IMG/VR virus record: IMGVR_UViG_3300020045_008999
Coordinates: 224,001-288,000 of that record
Source: a virus
Lineage: Duplodnaviria; Heunggongvirae; Uroviricota; Caudoviricetes
DNA: 64,000 bases
Reading direction: 5' to 3' (one strand)
Translations under genes and position numbers: made by a program
The notes under the pieces: model-generated
The model's database searches: none
What the model saw: the letters and a program-made list of their open reading frames with translations, nothing else
What the model was told of the DNA's origin: nothing
Part shown: in pieces, positions 11,326-20,409 of the stretch
Layout of the letters: each line of letters begins with the position of its first letter
Position numbering within the stretch: the stretch's first letter is position 1

Positions 11326-11860
11326 ATTAGAAAAAACAAGTAGGTATTTAGCAAAATTACTGCGACACAAACCGGAAGATTTACTAATGGATGTTGATGG
11401 TTATGTAGTAGTTAGTGATTTGTTGAGAAAGTTGTCAATTAATAATGCCGACCTTGATTGGATCGTAGAAAATAATGATAAAAAACGATTTGTTTATAAT
11501 ATTGACAAAACACTAATTAGGGCCGCTCAGGGACACAGTAAAGGTTTGGACATTGATATAAAAATGCAAGAATCATCAAGAGTAAATGTTCTATACCATG
11601 GTACGGCAGCCATAAATGTCAAGTCCATTATAAGTCTTGGTTTGGTACCAAAAAGTCGAAAACATGTTCACCTATCATCTGATGCAGAAACGGCACGGAA
11701 AGTCGGGCTAAGACACGCAAATGACGTTGTGGTGTTACAAGTAAACAGTGCTCAGATGCGAGCGGATGGTATTAAAATTTTCATTTCGGAAAATAACGTA
11801 TATCTCACTAATCATGTTGACTCCAAATACATTACATTTCCAAAAAAACCGAGCAATTAA
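11315..11860 (+). CDS. kptA: RNA 2'-phosphotransferase (Tpt1/KptA)
   Basis: LLRH, DKKRF, IRAAQGHS, LYHGT, R.HVHLS, VYLT motifs. Confidence 0.95.
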   Translation: MMNKLEKTSRYLAKLLRHKPEDLLMDVDGYVVVSDLLRKLSINNADLDWIVENNDKKRFVYNIDKTLIRAAQGHSKGLDIDIKMQESSRVNVLYHGTAAINVKSIISLGLVPKSRKHVHLSSDAETARKVGLRHANDVVVLQVNSAQMRADGIKIFISENNVYLTNHVDSKYITFPKKPSN

Positions 11861-11875
11861 TGTTCGGTTTTTTTT
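11842..11875. terminator. bidirectional intrinsic terminator
   Basis: AAAAAAACCGAGCA-ATTAA-TGTTCGGTTTTTTTT between convergent genes. Confidence 0.75.
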
Positions 11876-12285
11876 ATTTTATGTCTAAGCATTACTACGT
11901 AATCGTAAATATGCCCATATCCATCACTGATGTCTATTCGATGACAATCTTCCTCAAAATTAGCATCACCACTTTCATCAATATAACCAGAATGCGACAT
12001 TAGTATATACAACCAATAATCGTGTATGAATATTTCAATTTGATCGCATTCACCGTCATCTATATCAGTACTAATATATAAATTATTGTCAACTAATTCA
12101 AATGGTACCACATCCACCACACCCTTCAAATTTTTAAGTATATTGTAAATATCATTAATTTCATCATCAGATAGAGCATCGGTTTCGTTTCCATGCGCCT
12201 CTGAAAATTCCTCATAGGATATTTGTTCAACATTTTGAGTATGTAAATTTTCAATAAACATTTTGAATTTTTGTATCATTGCCAT
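11857..12285 (-). CDS. tandem paralog family member 11 (putative capsid-internal protein)
   Basis: MIQKFKMFIEN; IFIHDYWLY; HRIDISDG; start reassigned to 12285. Confidence 0.8.
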   Translation of the reverse strand: MAMIQKFKMFIENLHTQNVEQISYEEFSEAHGNETDALSDDEINDIYNILKNLKGVVDVVPFELVDNNLYISTDIDDGECDQIEIFIHDYWLYILMSHSGYIDESGDANFEEDCHRIDISDGYGHIYDYVVMLRHKIKKTEH

Positions 12286-12295
12286 TTTATATATG

Positions 12296-12709
12296 TTATA
12301 GTTTATTTTCGCTACGATGCATATATGCCCGATATTCATCATCAATTATATCATGATATTTTAATAAAACATCAAATATGTCATTAGATATATCAATTTT
12401 ATAATATACTGATTCTGGATCGTAATCTGAGGTAAATATGTATTCTACATATAACCAATAATCATCATCAATAAAAATTACCATTCGATCATCGTTATTG
12501 GCTGTTATATCAAACCAAATTTCTGAATATCCCGAATACTCATGCGGGTCCTCGATATCATATAAATCACATATTGTGGCTGTAATTTCATCCGGGATAA
12601 TAATATCATTGAAACCAATGCTCTTATATTCAACATACTCAGGTTCCGTTAATTTAACTATTACTTCATTTTCTACGCTCTCGGTAAATAATTTAAATTT
12701 TTTTATCAT
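12296..12709 (-). CDS. tandem paralog family member 10
   Basis: MIKKFKLFTES; FIDDDYWLY; YKIDISND. Confidence 0.85.
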   Translation of the reverse strand: MIKKFKLFTESVENEVIVKLTEPEYVEYKSIGFNDIIIPDEITATICDLYDIEDPHEYSGYSEIWFDITANNDDRMVIFIDDDYWLYVEYIFTSDYDPESVYYKIDISNDIFDVLLKYHDIIDDEYRAYMHRSENKL

Positions 12710-12712
12710 GTA

Positions 12713-13120
12713 TTATATATTAACAATTATTGTTTGCAATTCGGTGTCTAAGAATTTAGACAAAAATTCCAGCGATTCACTAACATCAATTTGCGCATAT
12801 GTTGTCAAATATTCATCATAATATTGTTGTAAAGATTCTAACTTCACATATAAATAATAATCATCATCACTAAAAATGTACCCGGTTATTGTATGATTAT
12901 ACGTAAATATCATCAACTTACCACTAGGGATATATTTTAAACCGGGCGGAACACCTGCATTTTCAAAACTTTGTTTCACAATATCAAATAACGGGCGGAA
13001 CAATTTAGATTTCGCTGATCGTGCACTAGCTTTGAATATGCTTTCATATTCGGACTGTGTTATTATGGTGATATTTTCACTATTTACACTCTCTGTAAAC
13101 CGTATGTATTTTTTAATCAT
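12713..13120 (-). CDS. tandem paralog family member 9
   Basis: MIKKYIRFTES; FSDDDYYLY; AQIDVSES. Confidence 0.85.
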   Translation of the reverse strand: MIKKYIRFTESVNSENITIITQSEYESIFKASARSAKSKLFRPLFDIVKQSFENAGVPPGLKYIPSGKLMIFTYNHTITGYIFSDDDYYLYVKLESLQQYYDEYLTTYAQIDVSESLEFLSKFLDTELQTIIVNI

Positions 13121-13135
13121 TAGAATATTTTAGTT

Positions 13136-13546
13136 TTATAAAAATTGTATTGGGGGTATAGAGTTTATAAATTTCTCAACATTAATTACACCCTCACTAA
13201 TATCAATTTTAGCACAATCTGATTCATAGTGAGCATCATTACCATTATCAATTTTCCTTTCAACATTTACATAGATATAATAATCGGAATCCGAGAAAAT
13301 ATATACATAAATACTACGATCAGTTACCATGAATGTTATTCTTTCACCATCGCCAAATTCCATAACAGACATAGTTAATCCCTGCCGTTCTACGTAATCA
13401 GTGATAATGGAAAGTATAGCAGCACACAGATCACTATCGATTACTATCCGTGAATTTTGATAAAAATCGTCAAACTCTTGTTCAGATATTATCTCAATTT
13501 CATCATTACTTATGCTTTCAACAAATCTTATAAATTTTTTAATCAT
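13136..13546 (-). CDS. tandem paralog family member 8
   Basis: MIKKFIRFVES; FSDSDYYIY; AKIDISEG. Confidence 0.85.
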   Translation of the reverse strand: MIKKFIRFVESISNDEIEIISEQEFDDFYQNSRIVIDSDLCAAILSIITDYVERQGLTMSVMEFGDGERITFMVTDRSIYVYIFSDSDYYIYVNVERKIDNGNDAHYESDCAKIDISEGVINVEKFINSIPPIQFL

Positions 13547-13943
13547 TTATTTCGTTTATAATTTCGTTTATAATCACTGAAGCCTTTTTTACTGAATCGA
13601 ATCCATCACCTATGTCAATTTTATATGAATACTGAACTGCACTTGATGACGTGATTGAGATAACATACATCAGATATGCCCAATAGTCATCATCAACGCA
13701 CAGAAGAAGCATATCATCGGTTTCATTTATAAATGAAGATAATCTACTACCAACCCGCGTACTAGTACCAGACAATCTACATGCACTATATTCCGAGAAC
13801 ACTGCAATTACTTCATCACATAAGCTCTCAGGTATTATCACACCGTTTTGTATAGCATCTGAAAATTCCTGGTTAGTTATTTCAATTACTTCATCATCAC
13901 CTTTAGACTCTAAAAACATTTTAAATTTCTTAATCATTATCAC
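13539..13943 (-). CDS. tandem paralog family member 7
   Basis: MIKKFKMFLES; VDDDYWAY; YKIDIGDG. Confidence 0.85.
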   Translation of the reverse strand: MIMIKKFKMFLESKGDDEVIEITNQEFSDAIQNGVIIPESLCDEVIAVFSEYSACRLSGTSTRVGSRLSSFINETDDMLLLCVDDDYWAYLMYVISITSSSAVQYSYKIDIGDGFDSVKKASVIINEIINEIND

Positions 13944-14361
13944 TTATCAATTTTTTCAGGATATTCCAATATTCACTCATATTGCTATACCCGTCGGAGA
14001 TGTCTATTTTGTGATACCAGGCTCTCACACCCGGTTGTGGAACAAAACGTACATAACCATCAGATGTGGTGATGATTTTATATTCTGGGATAGTATAAGT
14101 AATATACAACCAATAGTCATCATCTATGAATAAGTAAATATTTTCCATCGTTTTAGATTCACCATGTAATTCACAATCACTATTGTCATAGTATAATACA
14201 ATTTTATTCATTTCACTAGTTATATCGACAAACATATCATGTTCAATTTTGACTTGAATATTGCCTCGGGCACGATCCCAATCATCGCGAGTGATTTGTA
14301 CTACATTTTCTTCGGGATTGTTATTTTCTAAAAATAGTTTAAACTTAGTAATCATCATCAA
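13930..14361 (-). CDS. tandem paralog family member 6
   Basis: MITKFKLFLEN; FIDDDYWLY; YHKIDISDG. Confidence 0.85.
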   Translation of the reverse strand: MMMITKFKLFLENNNPEENVVQITRDDWDRARGNIQVKIEHDMFVDITSEMNKIVLYYDNSDCELHGESKTMENIYLFIDDDYWLYITYTIPEYKIITTSDGYVRFVPQPGVRAWYHKIDISDGYSNMSEYWNILKKLISDND

Positions 14362-14782
14362 TATTTAATTTATCTCTAATAGCTTCTATAATATTTAAAT
14401 ATTCCGGAACGTTATCATAACCATTACCAATATCTATTTTGTGATACAATTCGGTTGGTTCGATAATCTCATCTAATCGGAATCCTGGTTTATACGACAT
14501 TGAATAATTTACATATAACCAGTAATCATTATCCATAAACAAATTCAGCTGGTCATAAAAATTCGATTCAGCGCTAATGCTAAACCTAGTATCATCATAA
14601 TCAAAATAAAATTCTCTTCTTGGATTAAAAACAGCACGAATTCCAATTAGTGAATTTTCTGGGAATACTATGCGATCATTAAGCCATGCATAATTCCAAT
14701 CACTTAAAGTGATCTCTATTACGACATCATCTGTATTAATATTTTCCAAAAATAATTTGAAATTAGTTATCATTTTGATCAT
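14345..14782 (-). CDS. tandem paralog family member 5
   Basis: MITNFKLFLEN; FMDNDYWLY; YHKIDIGNG. Confidence 0.85.
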   Translation of the reverse strand: MIKMITNFKLFLENINTDDVVIEITLSDWNYAWLNDRIVFPENSLIGIRAVFNPRREFYFDYDDTRFSISAESNFYDQLNLFMDNDYWLYVNYSMSYKPGFRLDEIIEPTELYHKIDIGNGYDNVPEYLNIIEAIRDKLNIDDDY

Positions 14783-14792
14783 TTTATAAAAT

Positions 14793-15170
14793 TTAGTTCT
14801 CGGCTGTTATGTTAATAATCTCACAGTATTTCTCAGTATACTCATATCCATTAGCAATATCTATTTTGTGATATTGGTAATTCGGGGACTCTTGACAATA
14901 TTTTACCCACATATAATAGTCTGTATCAATAAATATATACAGATTAATGTTACGATACTCGAATGACATTGAATTCGTTGCATCGCTTTCACATGGTGTG
15001 TATTTTATATCAATATACGGCCTGAATGCGTCGATTATTACATCAACATCAGATTGACCAAATGAAACACTTGATTCTTCAAAAGTTTCATAATATTCAT
15101 ACTCACTAACTTCTTCGACATACTCGTTTGCGTTATTATTTTCCAGAAATAATTTAAAATTAGTTATCAT
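14793..15170 (-). CDS. tandem paralog family member 4
   Basis: MITNFKLFLEN; FIDTDYYMW; YHKIDIANG. Confidence 0.85.
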   Translation of the reverse strand: MITNFKLFLENNNANEYVEEVSEYEYYETFEESSVSFGQSDVDVIIDAFRPYIDIKYTPCESDATNSMSFEYRNINLYIFIDTDYYMWVKYCQESPNYQYHKIDIANGYEYTEKYCEIINITAEN

Positions 15171-15594
15171 CCTCTCCCATTAATTTATATTCTTCCTCTA
15201 ACATCACTTTGGTTTTATCTAACAGCTGCATGTAATCCGAAATATAATTATACCCATCAGAAATATCAATTTTATGATAAAGCTCACATGGTTCATAATA
15301 AAAATCAAACTCATATCTTACCCACAAATAATAATCTGAATCAAAAAACATTTCATACCTACCCGGGTCATTTCCTATATCGAAGTTCAACATATGGACA
15401 ATATCCCCACCATCGTCATCATCGCGATTAAGTATGTGATATTTACTAAAACCGGATATGATTTTATCACAATCATCATCATTAATATGGATACTATTAG
15501 TTTTAAACTCATCCCAAAATTCTGCGATATTCACTTCAACAACATTATCTGAATCTGCGATACTTTCTAAAAATAATTTATATTTTTTTATCAT
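15160..15594 (-). CDS. tandem paralog family member 3
   Basis: MIKKYKLFLES; FFDSDYYLW; YHKIDISDG. Confidence 0.85.
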   Translation of the reverse strand: MIKKYKLFLESIADSDNVVEVNIAEFWDEFKTNSIHINDDDCDKIISGFSKYHILNRDDDDGGDIVHMLNFDIGNDPGRYEMFFDSDYYLWVRYEFDFYYEPCELYHKIDISDGYNYISDYMQLLDKTKVMLEEEYKLMGEDDN

Positions 15595-16091
15595 TATTCT
15601 CTATTTCTTTTTTGATCCACTATTTCTAAATATTCTGCAATATGGATAAACCCTTCACTAATATCGATTTTGTGGTAAATTGATAAGTAATTATCAGAAT
15701 CTTCATAATCCTCGTCGTCATATATTTGATCGTCATCCCAATAATCACCATCACCATCACCATCACCATCACCATCACCATCAATTTGATCGACATCCCA
15801 GTACTCGCGATCTACCATTCTAATATCATAATTTATATATAACCAATAATCACTATCCAAGAATAAATAAACACTGTCGTCTGGTCCGTTCATGGATGCC
15901 TCTTTACCACTACGCGCCCTAGAAAAGATTAAATCTGATTCAACAAGTGTATTGTTTATATCATCAACAAATGATTGATCTATGTGAATAGCATACAGAT
16001 TATATTGATCATTATACTCATCTGCACTAATTTCAACAATATTATCCTCGGTGTCTATACTTTCTAAAAATAGTTTATATTTTGTTATCAT
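15594..16091 (-). CDS. tandem paralog family member 2 (with DG-repeat loop)
   Basis: MITKYKLFLES; FLDSDYWLY; YHKIDISEG. Confidence 0.85.
   Translation of the reverse strand: MITKYKLFLESIDTEDNIVEISADEYNDQYNLYAIHIDQSFVDDINNTLVESDLIFSRARSGKEASMNGPDDSVYLFLDSDYWLYINYDIRMVDREYWDVDQIDGDGDGDGDGDGDYWDDDQIYDDEDYEDSDNYLSIYHKIDISEGFIHIAEYLEIVDQKRNRE
15745..15783. repeat. hexanucleotide microsatellite (TCACCA)x6.5 encoding poly(DG)
   Basis: direct reading of sequence. Confidence 0.95.
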
Positions 16092-16095
16092 TACT

Positions 16096-16506
16096 CTACT
16101 CTATGTTTCTTTTTTGATCCACTATTTTCAAATATTTTTCAATGTGAATGAGACCTTCACTGATGTCTATTTTGTGATATAATGAACTGTAATTTTCGTT
16201 GGGAGCACCACTAGCGGATACCGGCATAATATCGTAATTTACATATAACCAATAATCATTATCAATAAAAACGCTCATCAGCTCATCATTATGTGAATAA
16301 TTAAATGCGCTTATTTCACTGCTAGATATTTTCAAAATTGAATCAGATGAAGTTCTACCCAATGCAATATTCAATTCATGTAAAAAACCCGGATCCATAC
16401 AAATACTATCTAACTCAAACTGTGCATCGTATTCATCTACACTAATTTCAATGATATTATCTTCGGTGTCTATACTTTCCAAAAATAATTTAAATTTTTT
16501 TATCAT
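16096..16506 (-). CDS. tandem paralog family member 1
   Basis: MIKKFKLFLES; FIDNDYWLY; YHKIDISEG. Confidence 0.85.
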   Translation of the reverse strand: MIKKFKLFLESIDTEDNIIEISVDEYDAQFELDSICMDPGFLHELNIALGRTSSDSILKISSSEISAFNYSHNDELMSVFIDNDYWLYVNYDIMPVSASGAPNENYSSLYHKIDISEGLIHIEKYLKIVDQKRNIE

Positions 16507-16510
16507 AATC

Positions 16511-16520
16511 TATATATTAA
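16511..16520 (-). promoter_or_regulatory. putative late promoter (TTAATATATA) heading the paralog array
   Basis: 4 nt upstream of ATG; same motif precedes about 19 genes including the baseplate gene. Confidence 0.65.
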
Positions 16521-16536
16521 TAATATCTTTGTAAAT

Positions 16537-16875
16537 ATGAAAATAGTTAGATCTAAAGAACATCGTATATACCAAAAACATTTTTGGATAAAAAAACGGT
16601 TAGTTAGATTTCACCAAACATCACTAAGCAAATACCCCTCAAAAGATGCCTCTTCTATTTTACGAGATATGCATTGTTGGTATTTTCGAATAGGCACTAT
16701 ACCATATTTTATATTCAAATCTAATAAATGGGATAGTAAATTTGAAGATAAACCTAGATACGGTAAGAAGAAACGATCACACTATGTCGATAACCGGGAT
16801 TATGGTAAAACTTCGTCAAGAATATTAGATAAAAAAGAATTTAATCAGTTATTGAAATACTATGGACTTATGTAA
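16537..16875 (+). CDS. basic hypothetical protein
   Basis: K/R-rich ORF after TATCTTTG (16524-16531). Confidence 0.5.
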   Translation: MKIVRSKEHRIYQKHFWIKKRLVRFHQTSLSKYPSKDASSILRDMHCWYFRIGTIPYFIFKSNKWDSKFEDKPRYGKKKRSHYVDNRDYGKTSSRILDKKEFNQLLKYYGLM

Positions 16876-17407
16876 TATAATAAAAAATCTAGACGGTATG
16901 CTAGTCCTAAATAACCAAGTATTTGCATATACTCATTTCTCAAATATTAGAATATGCCATGTACATGATGATAATATATGGGTCACTCTTAATTTTAGCG
17001 TTATAAATGACATAAAGCGATTGGTGCGAATGTTGGACCGATTAAAAATAGAATATTATTACACATCTGTTGGTATTGATTTTAATGATGATCCACTGAG
17101 CAAAAAATCAATTGTGTTGCTAACCGAAAATGTAATAAATATTTTATGTATTGAAAAAAAGTTCAACAACATTCGATTTGGTGACATATCAAATGATCTT
17201 AGCATATATAAAAAATTCTTGGAAGTGTGTGTTAAATTTGACAAAGTACGATATGCAATCGAGACTATTGATGCAATGTTATATATTGACATAAAAAATA
17301 AGTCATCATCGGTAAGAAGGCGAATTCATCCTGTTTTAACATTAGAAAATATCAATGATTTAAAGGCAATTAGACGGCCGCTTGTTATACAAAGTTTATT
17401 AATATAA
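16862..17407 (+). CDS. hypothetical protein with C-terminal tag
   Basis: ends RPLVIQSLLI. Confidence 0.55.
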   Translation: MDLCNIIKNLDGMLVLNNQVFAYTHFSNIRICHVHDDNIWVTLNFSVINDIKRLVRMLDRLKIEYYYTSVGIDFNDDPLSKKSIVLLTENVINILCIEKKFNNIRFGDISNDLSIYKKFLEVCVKFDKVRYAIETIDAMLYIDIKNKSSSVRRRIHPVLTLENINDLKAIRRPLVIQSLLI

Positions 17408-17433
17408 ACTTTCCTCGTAAATATTTGTATAAT
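17406..17433 (+). promoter_or_regulatory. putative phage promoter AAACTTT-N15-TATAAT
   Basis: same spacing at 1261, 20991, 34147, 34128(-), 43011, 55891. Confidence 0.6.
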
Positions 17434-17449
17434 TACAAATATTTGATTT

Positions 17450-18433
17450 ATGAAAACAGTACTTATTGTCGATGGCAATTATATTTTAACTAAAAATGTA
17501 TTTAGTCTCGCTAAAAATAATGCATTATATCCATACTTAGAAATGACTTTGGATCAGGCCATTAAAAATTACCAAAGTTGGTATCATTTTGATAAAATTT
17601 TCGTAGTTTCGGATTCTAGAGAAAAGTCTTGGCGAAAAAGAATTGATGATTCCTATAAGGGAACTCGTAAAAAAGATACCACAATAGACTGGGATTTTGT
17701 ATATCAAACATATGCGACGTTCAAAGATAATGTTTCCAATGTAAGGAACGTTACTGTTCTTGAGGCACCTACGGTTGAGGGCGATGACTGGATTTCGTAT
17801 TTAGTACATGAGAATAATGCTAAAGGAATTTCCACCGTTACTATTACCAATGATTATGACATCAAGCAGTTGGTAAAATTCCAAATGAATCCTCGCTACA
17901 TTAATGTAATAACAAATGAAATGATGTCAAGACAACTTATTTTTCTACCTAAGAATTATGAAATATTCTTAGATAAAATAAGAAATGACTTCGATCCATA
18001 TGATATTTTCAATCAAAACACTGATATGAATTTTGTGAAAATGATCGACGGTTTGCTCCAAAAATGTAACTTAGTTGAAATAAACCCAATAGAATGTTTG
18101 TTGCTTAAAGTTATATCTGGTGATAAAAGTGATAATATATCATCTGTGCACGAAACATATAACAATGGAAAGAAACGCGGAATTGGTGATGCAGGGGCTA
18201 AAACAATTTTAGGATTATATATTGATGAATTTGGTGAACCAGATGGTTTGTCTGACGATTTAATTGATAATTTATCCGACGTTATTCTGGAAAAGAAAAA
18301 GTTAAATCGCCATGAATTCGGTGACATTGTGAAAAATATTAAAAAAAATATATCAATGGTCGATTTAAGTATGGAATCCATTCCAACCGATATAATCAAT
18401 ATAATGAAAGACGTCTATGATCAAAATAAATAA
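17450..18433 (+). CDS. rnh: T4-like RNase H / 5'-3' flap exonuclease
   Basis: IVDGN, SWRK...YKGTRK, EGDD, DYD, GDKSDNI motifs. Confidence 0.9.
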   Translation: MKTVLIVDGNYILTKNVFSLAKNNALYPYLEMTLDQAIKNYQSWYHFDKIFVVSDSREKSWRKRIDDSYKGTRKKDTTIDWDFVYQTYATFKDNVSNVRNVTVLEAPTVEGDDWISYLVHENNAKGISTVTITNDYDIKQLVKFQMNPRYINVITNEMMSRQLIFLPKNYEIFLDKIRNDFDPYDIFNQNTDMNFVKMIDGLLQKCNLVEINPIECLLLKVISGDKSDNISSVHETYNNGKKRGIGDAGAKTILGLYIDEFGEPDGLSDDLIDNLSDVILEKKKLNRHEFGDIVKNIKKNISMVDLSMESIPTDIINIMKDVYDQNK

Positions 18434-18872
18434 AGAGCATGCCAAATTCATGGAATTACATGGTGGGGAAATAATAAAAAAAAACATGCCAATCCAAGAT
18501 CCATTGAAAATAGCGAATCGTTTTTCAAATTATGAAATAGTTAGTTGGTTTTATGAAATATTAATGCTATATTTGAATCATAATTTAAATTCACATCGAA
18601 ATCAAGATCCTAGTTATCATCATAACGTTATGATTGACCTAAATAAGGCTATTCAAATACAACAACCAACAAGATCAAAAGTAATTGGTAAACATTTTAA
18701 TTATGATTTAAATGTATATGAATATGAACTGGAAAATGGCGATTTCATTCCAGTAGTACCTCAGAAAACATATAAATCAATTATTGATATTCGTATTTTT
18801 CCACTAGAGTTCATTAAACTTATAGATGTGGCAACCTATCGATCATTATCAATCGAACAAATAATTATATAA
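18417..18872 (+). CDS. hypothetical protein with C-terminal tag
   Basis: ends RSLSIEQIII. Confidence 0.55.
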   Translation: MIKINKEHAKFMELHGGEIIKKNMPIQDPLKIANRFSNYEIVSWFYEILMLYLNHNLNSHRNQDPSYHHNVMIDLNKAIQIQQPTRSKVIGKHFNYDLNVYEYELENGDFIPVVPQKTYKSIIDIRIFPLEFIKLIDVATYRSLSIEQIII

Positions 18873-18874
18873 AA

Positions 18875-19288
18875 ATGGCAGAATTACTAAAGGTATTCAA
18901 AGCAATGACGGAATACGGTGATGGGGACTGGAATAGTCTGGAAGATATTCACAAAGTGGAATGTTTTTTTATATTCAACCGATATTTCACCAAGATGTAT
19001 CCAGAAAAGGCACAATTGTTAAATGATAAAGAAATCGATAAAGTAGTTGCAATGGATTTATGGAGATTATTCATCAAAAGTGAAAAATATCCTAAAAATT
19101 TCTGGAGTAAGACATCCGATGTTAAAATAAAATTAGAAAAAGGGGAATACACGGAAAAGGACATTCAATTAATAATCAACAAATTGGATATCAAGATAGA
19201 TGAATTTAATTTATTGTATAACAACCATAAAGACATTCTTGACGAAGAATTAAAATATTATAAAAATTTAGAAAAAAATGACAAATAG
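18875..19288 (+). CDS. possible clamp-loader small subunit (gp62-like)
   Basis: F.FNR.F...P..A..LN pattern resembling gp62 family; size and context; weak. Confidence 0.35.
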   Translation: MAELLKVFKAMTEYGDGDWNSLEDIHKVECFFIFNRYFTKMYPEKAQLLNDKEIDKVVAMDLWRLFIKSEKYPKNFWSKTSDVKIKLEKGEYTEKDIQLIINKLDIKIDEFNLLYNNHKDILDEELKYYKNLEKNDK

Positions 19289-19826
19289 AATAGCCGAAGA
19301 AAAAAACGTGTGGTATACAATCCAAGTACAACCTAATCGCGAAAAAGGAATTGCCGAAAAAATAAATAATGAAATCGAAAAAGGTTTCTTAAAAGGGGTA
19401 AGTCAGACTTTGGTACCCACCGAAGTATCCATGACTATAAAAGATAATAAGCGTGTTAAACGTGAAAAAATCTTATATCCCGGTTATGTTTTCGTAGAAG
19501 CATCTTCATTGGGTGAATTACAATATGTAATTAAAAATACACCAGGTGCGAGTTCACTACTCAAAGACAGAAGTGGGGCGATATTACCAATCAGACAAAG
19601 TGAGATTGATCGCATGTCAGTTTATATGAAAACAGAAGAAGCCGCTATAAGTTCTATAAAATTCATAAAAGATGAGAAGGTATCGATCATAAGTGGTCCA
19701 TTTAACTCATTTAAAGGCACTATAAGCGAAGTACTCAATAATAAAGTAAAAGTATCTGTTTCCATATTCGGGCGTGTAACAGAAGTCGAATTAGACTCTA
19801 TACAGATTCAGAAATGTATTGATTAA
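19278..19826 (+). CDS. nusG: transcription elongation factor NusG
   Basis: WY.IQV..N.E; YPGYVFVE; KOW IISGPF..F.G.I.EV; VSIFGR.T.VEL. Confidence 0.95.
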   Translation: MTNRIAEEKNVWYTIQVQPNREKGIAEKINNEIEKGFLKGVSQTLVPTEVSMTIKDNKRVKREKILYPGYVFVEASSLGELQYVIKNTPGASSLLKDRSGAILPIRQSEIDRMSVYMKTEEAAISSIKFIKDEKVSIISGPFNSFKGTISEVLNNKVKVSVSIFGRVTEVELDSIQIQKCID

Positions 19827-19831
19827 TATTA

Positions 19832-20056
19832 CTAAGAACGATCCATGTTTAATATATCATGGATCGCTTCTTTTCGATTATATTCTACCATGTAAATTTC
19901 AAAAAGTTTCAGATCCTCGATCTGAAAGCGAGACACTTGATATTCACTGCCGCATATCCATCCACATAATACTACTTCGCCTTCAATACTCAATACTCGC
20001 ATCCTATTACCACCAGTATTTTTAATCACAATATCTTGTATATTAATACTAACCAT
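19832..20056 (-). CDS. YodC/DUF2158-like protein with C-terminal tag
   Basis: DIV...TGG.RM.V...V.CGW...F..EDL; ends RKEAIHDILNMDRS. Confidence 0.6.
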   Translation of the reverse strand: MVSINIQDIVIKNTGGNRMRVLSIEGEVVLCGWICGSEYQVSRFQIEDLKLFEIYMVEYNRKEAIHDILNMDRS

Positions 20057-20381
20057 TCCGATCTATATAATACGTATTGGTGGTTGATAACAACTCTAAA
20101 TTATCATGATGTAGTTGGCAGTTGTTAATAAATTGATCAACATCATCATTATTAAGATCAAACCACTCACCGGATACTCGCTTACTCGAATACAATCTAT
20201 GTAATGTAGATTCAATTTTAATTGCCCATACCGAGTTAAAAATGTTTACTATTTTAATCTCACATGCATTTCCGGTTTTAAGTTCGTTTAATCTCTTTTC
20301 AACTGGTCTTTTTGAGAATCCGATTTTATATAGTAGGTGATCACCAAAATCACATTTCAATAAATATACATTGCATTTCAT
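20049..20381 (-). CDS. GIY-YIG T5orf172/MUG113-family nuclease
   Basis: VYLL..YKIGFS..VEKRL.EL.TGN; E..LH; GEWF. Confidence 0.85.
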   Translation of the reverse strand: MKCNVYLLKCDFGDHLLYKIGFSKRPVEKRLNELKTGNACEIKIVNIFNSVWAIKIESTLHRLYSSKRVSGEWFDLNNDDVDQFINNCQLHHDNLELLSTTNTYYIDRNG

Positions 20382-20409
20382 TATCTATATATAAAGACAG
20401 TAGACTTCC

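Noticed and set aside
11857-16506. CRISPR array or diversity-generating retroelement as explanation of the repeated region
   Set aside because: Repeats are protein-level and degenerate at DNA level; no identical direct repeats with spacers, no reverse transcriptase, no adenine-specific TR/VR pair
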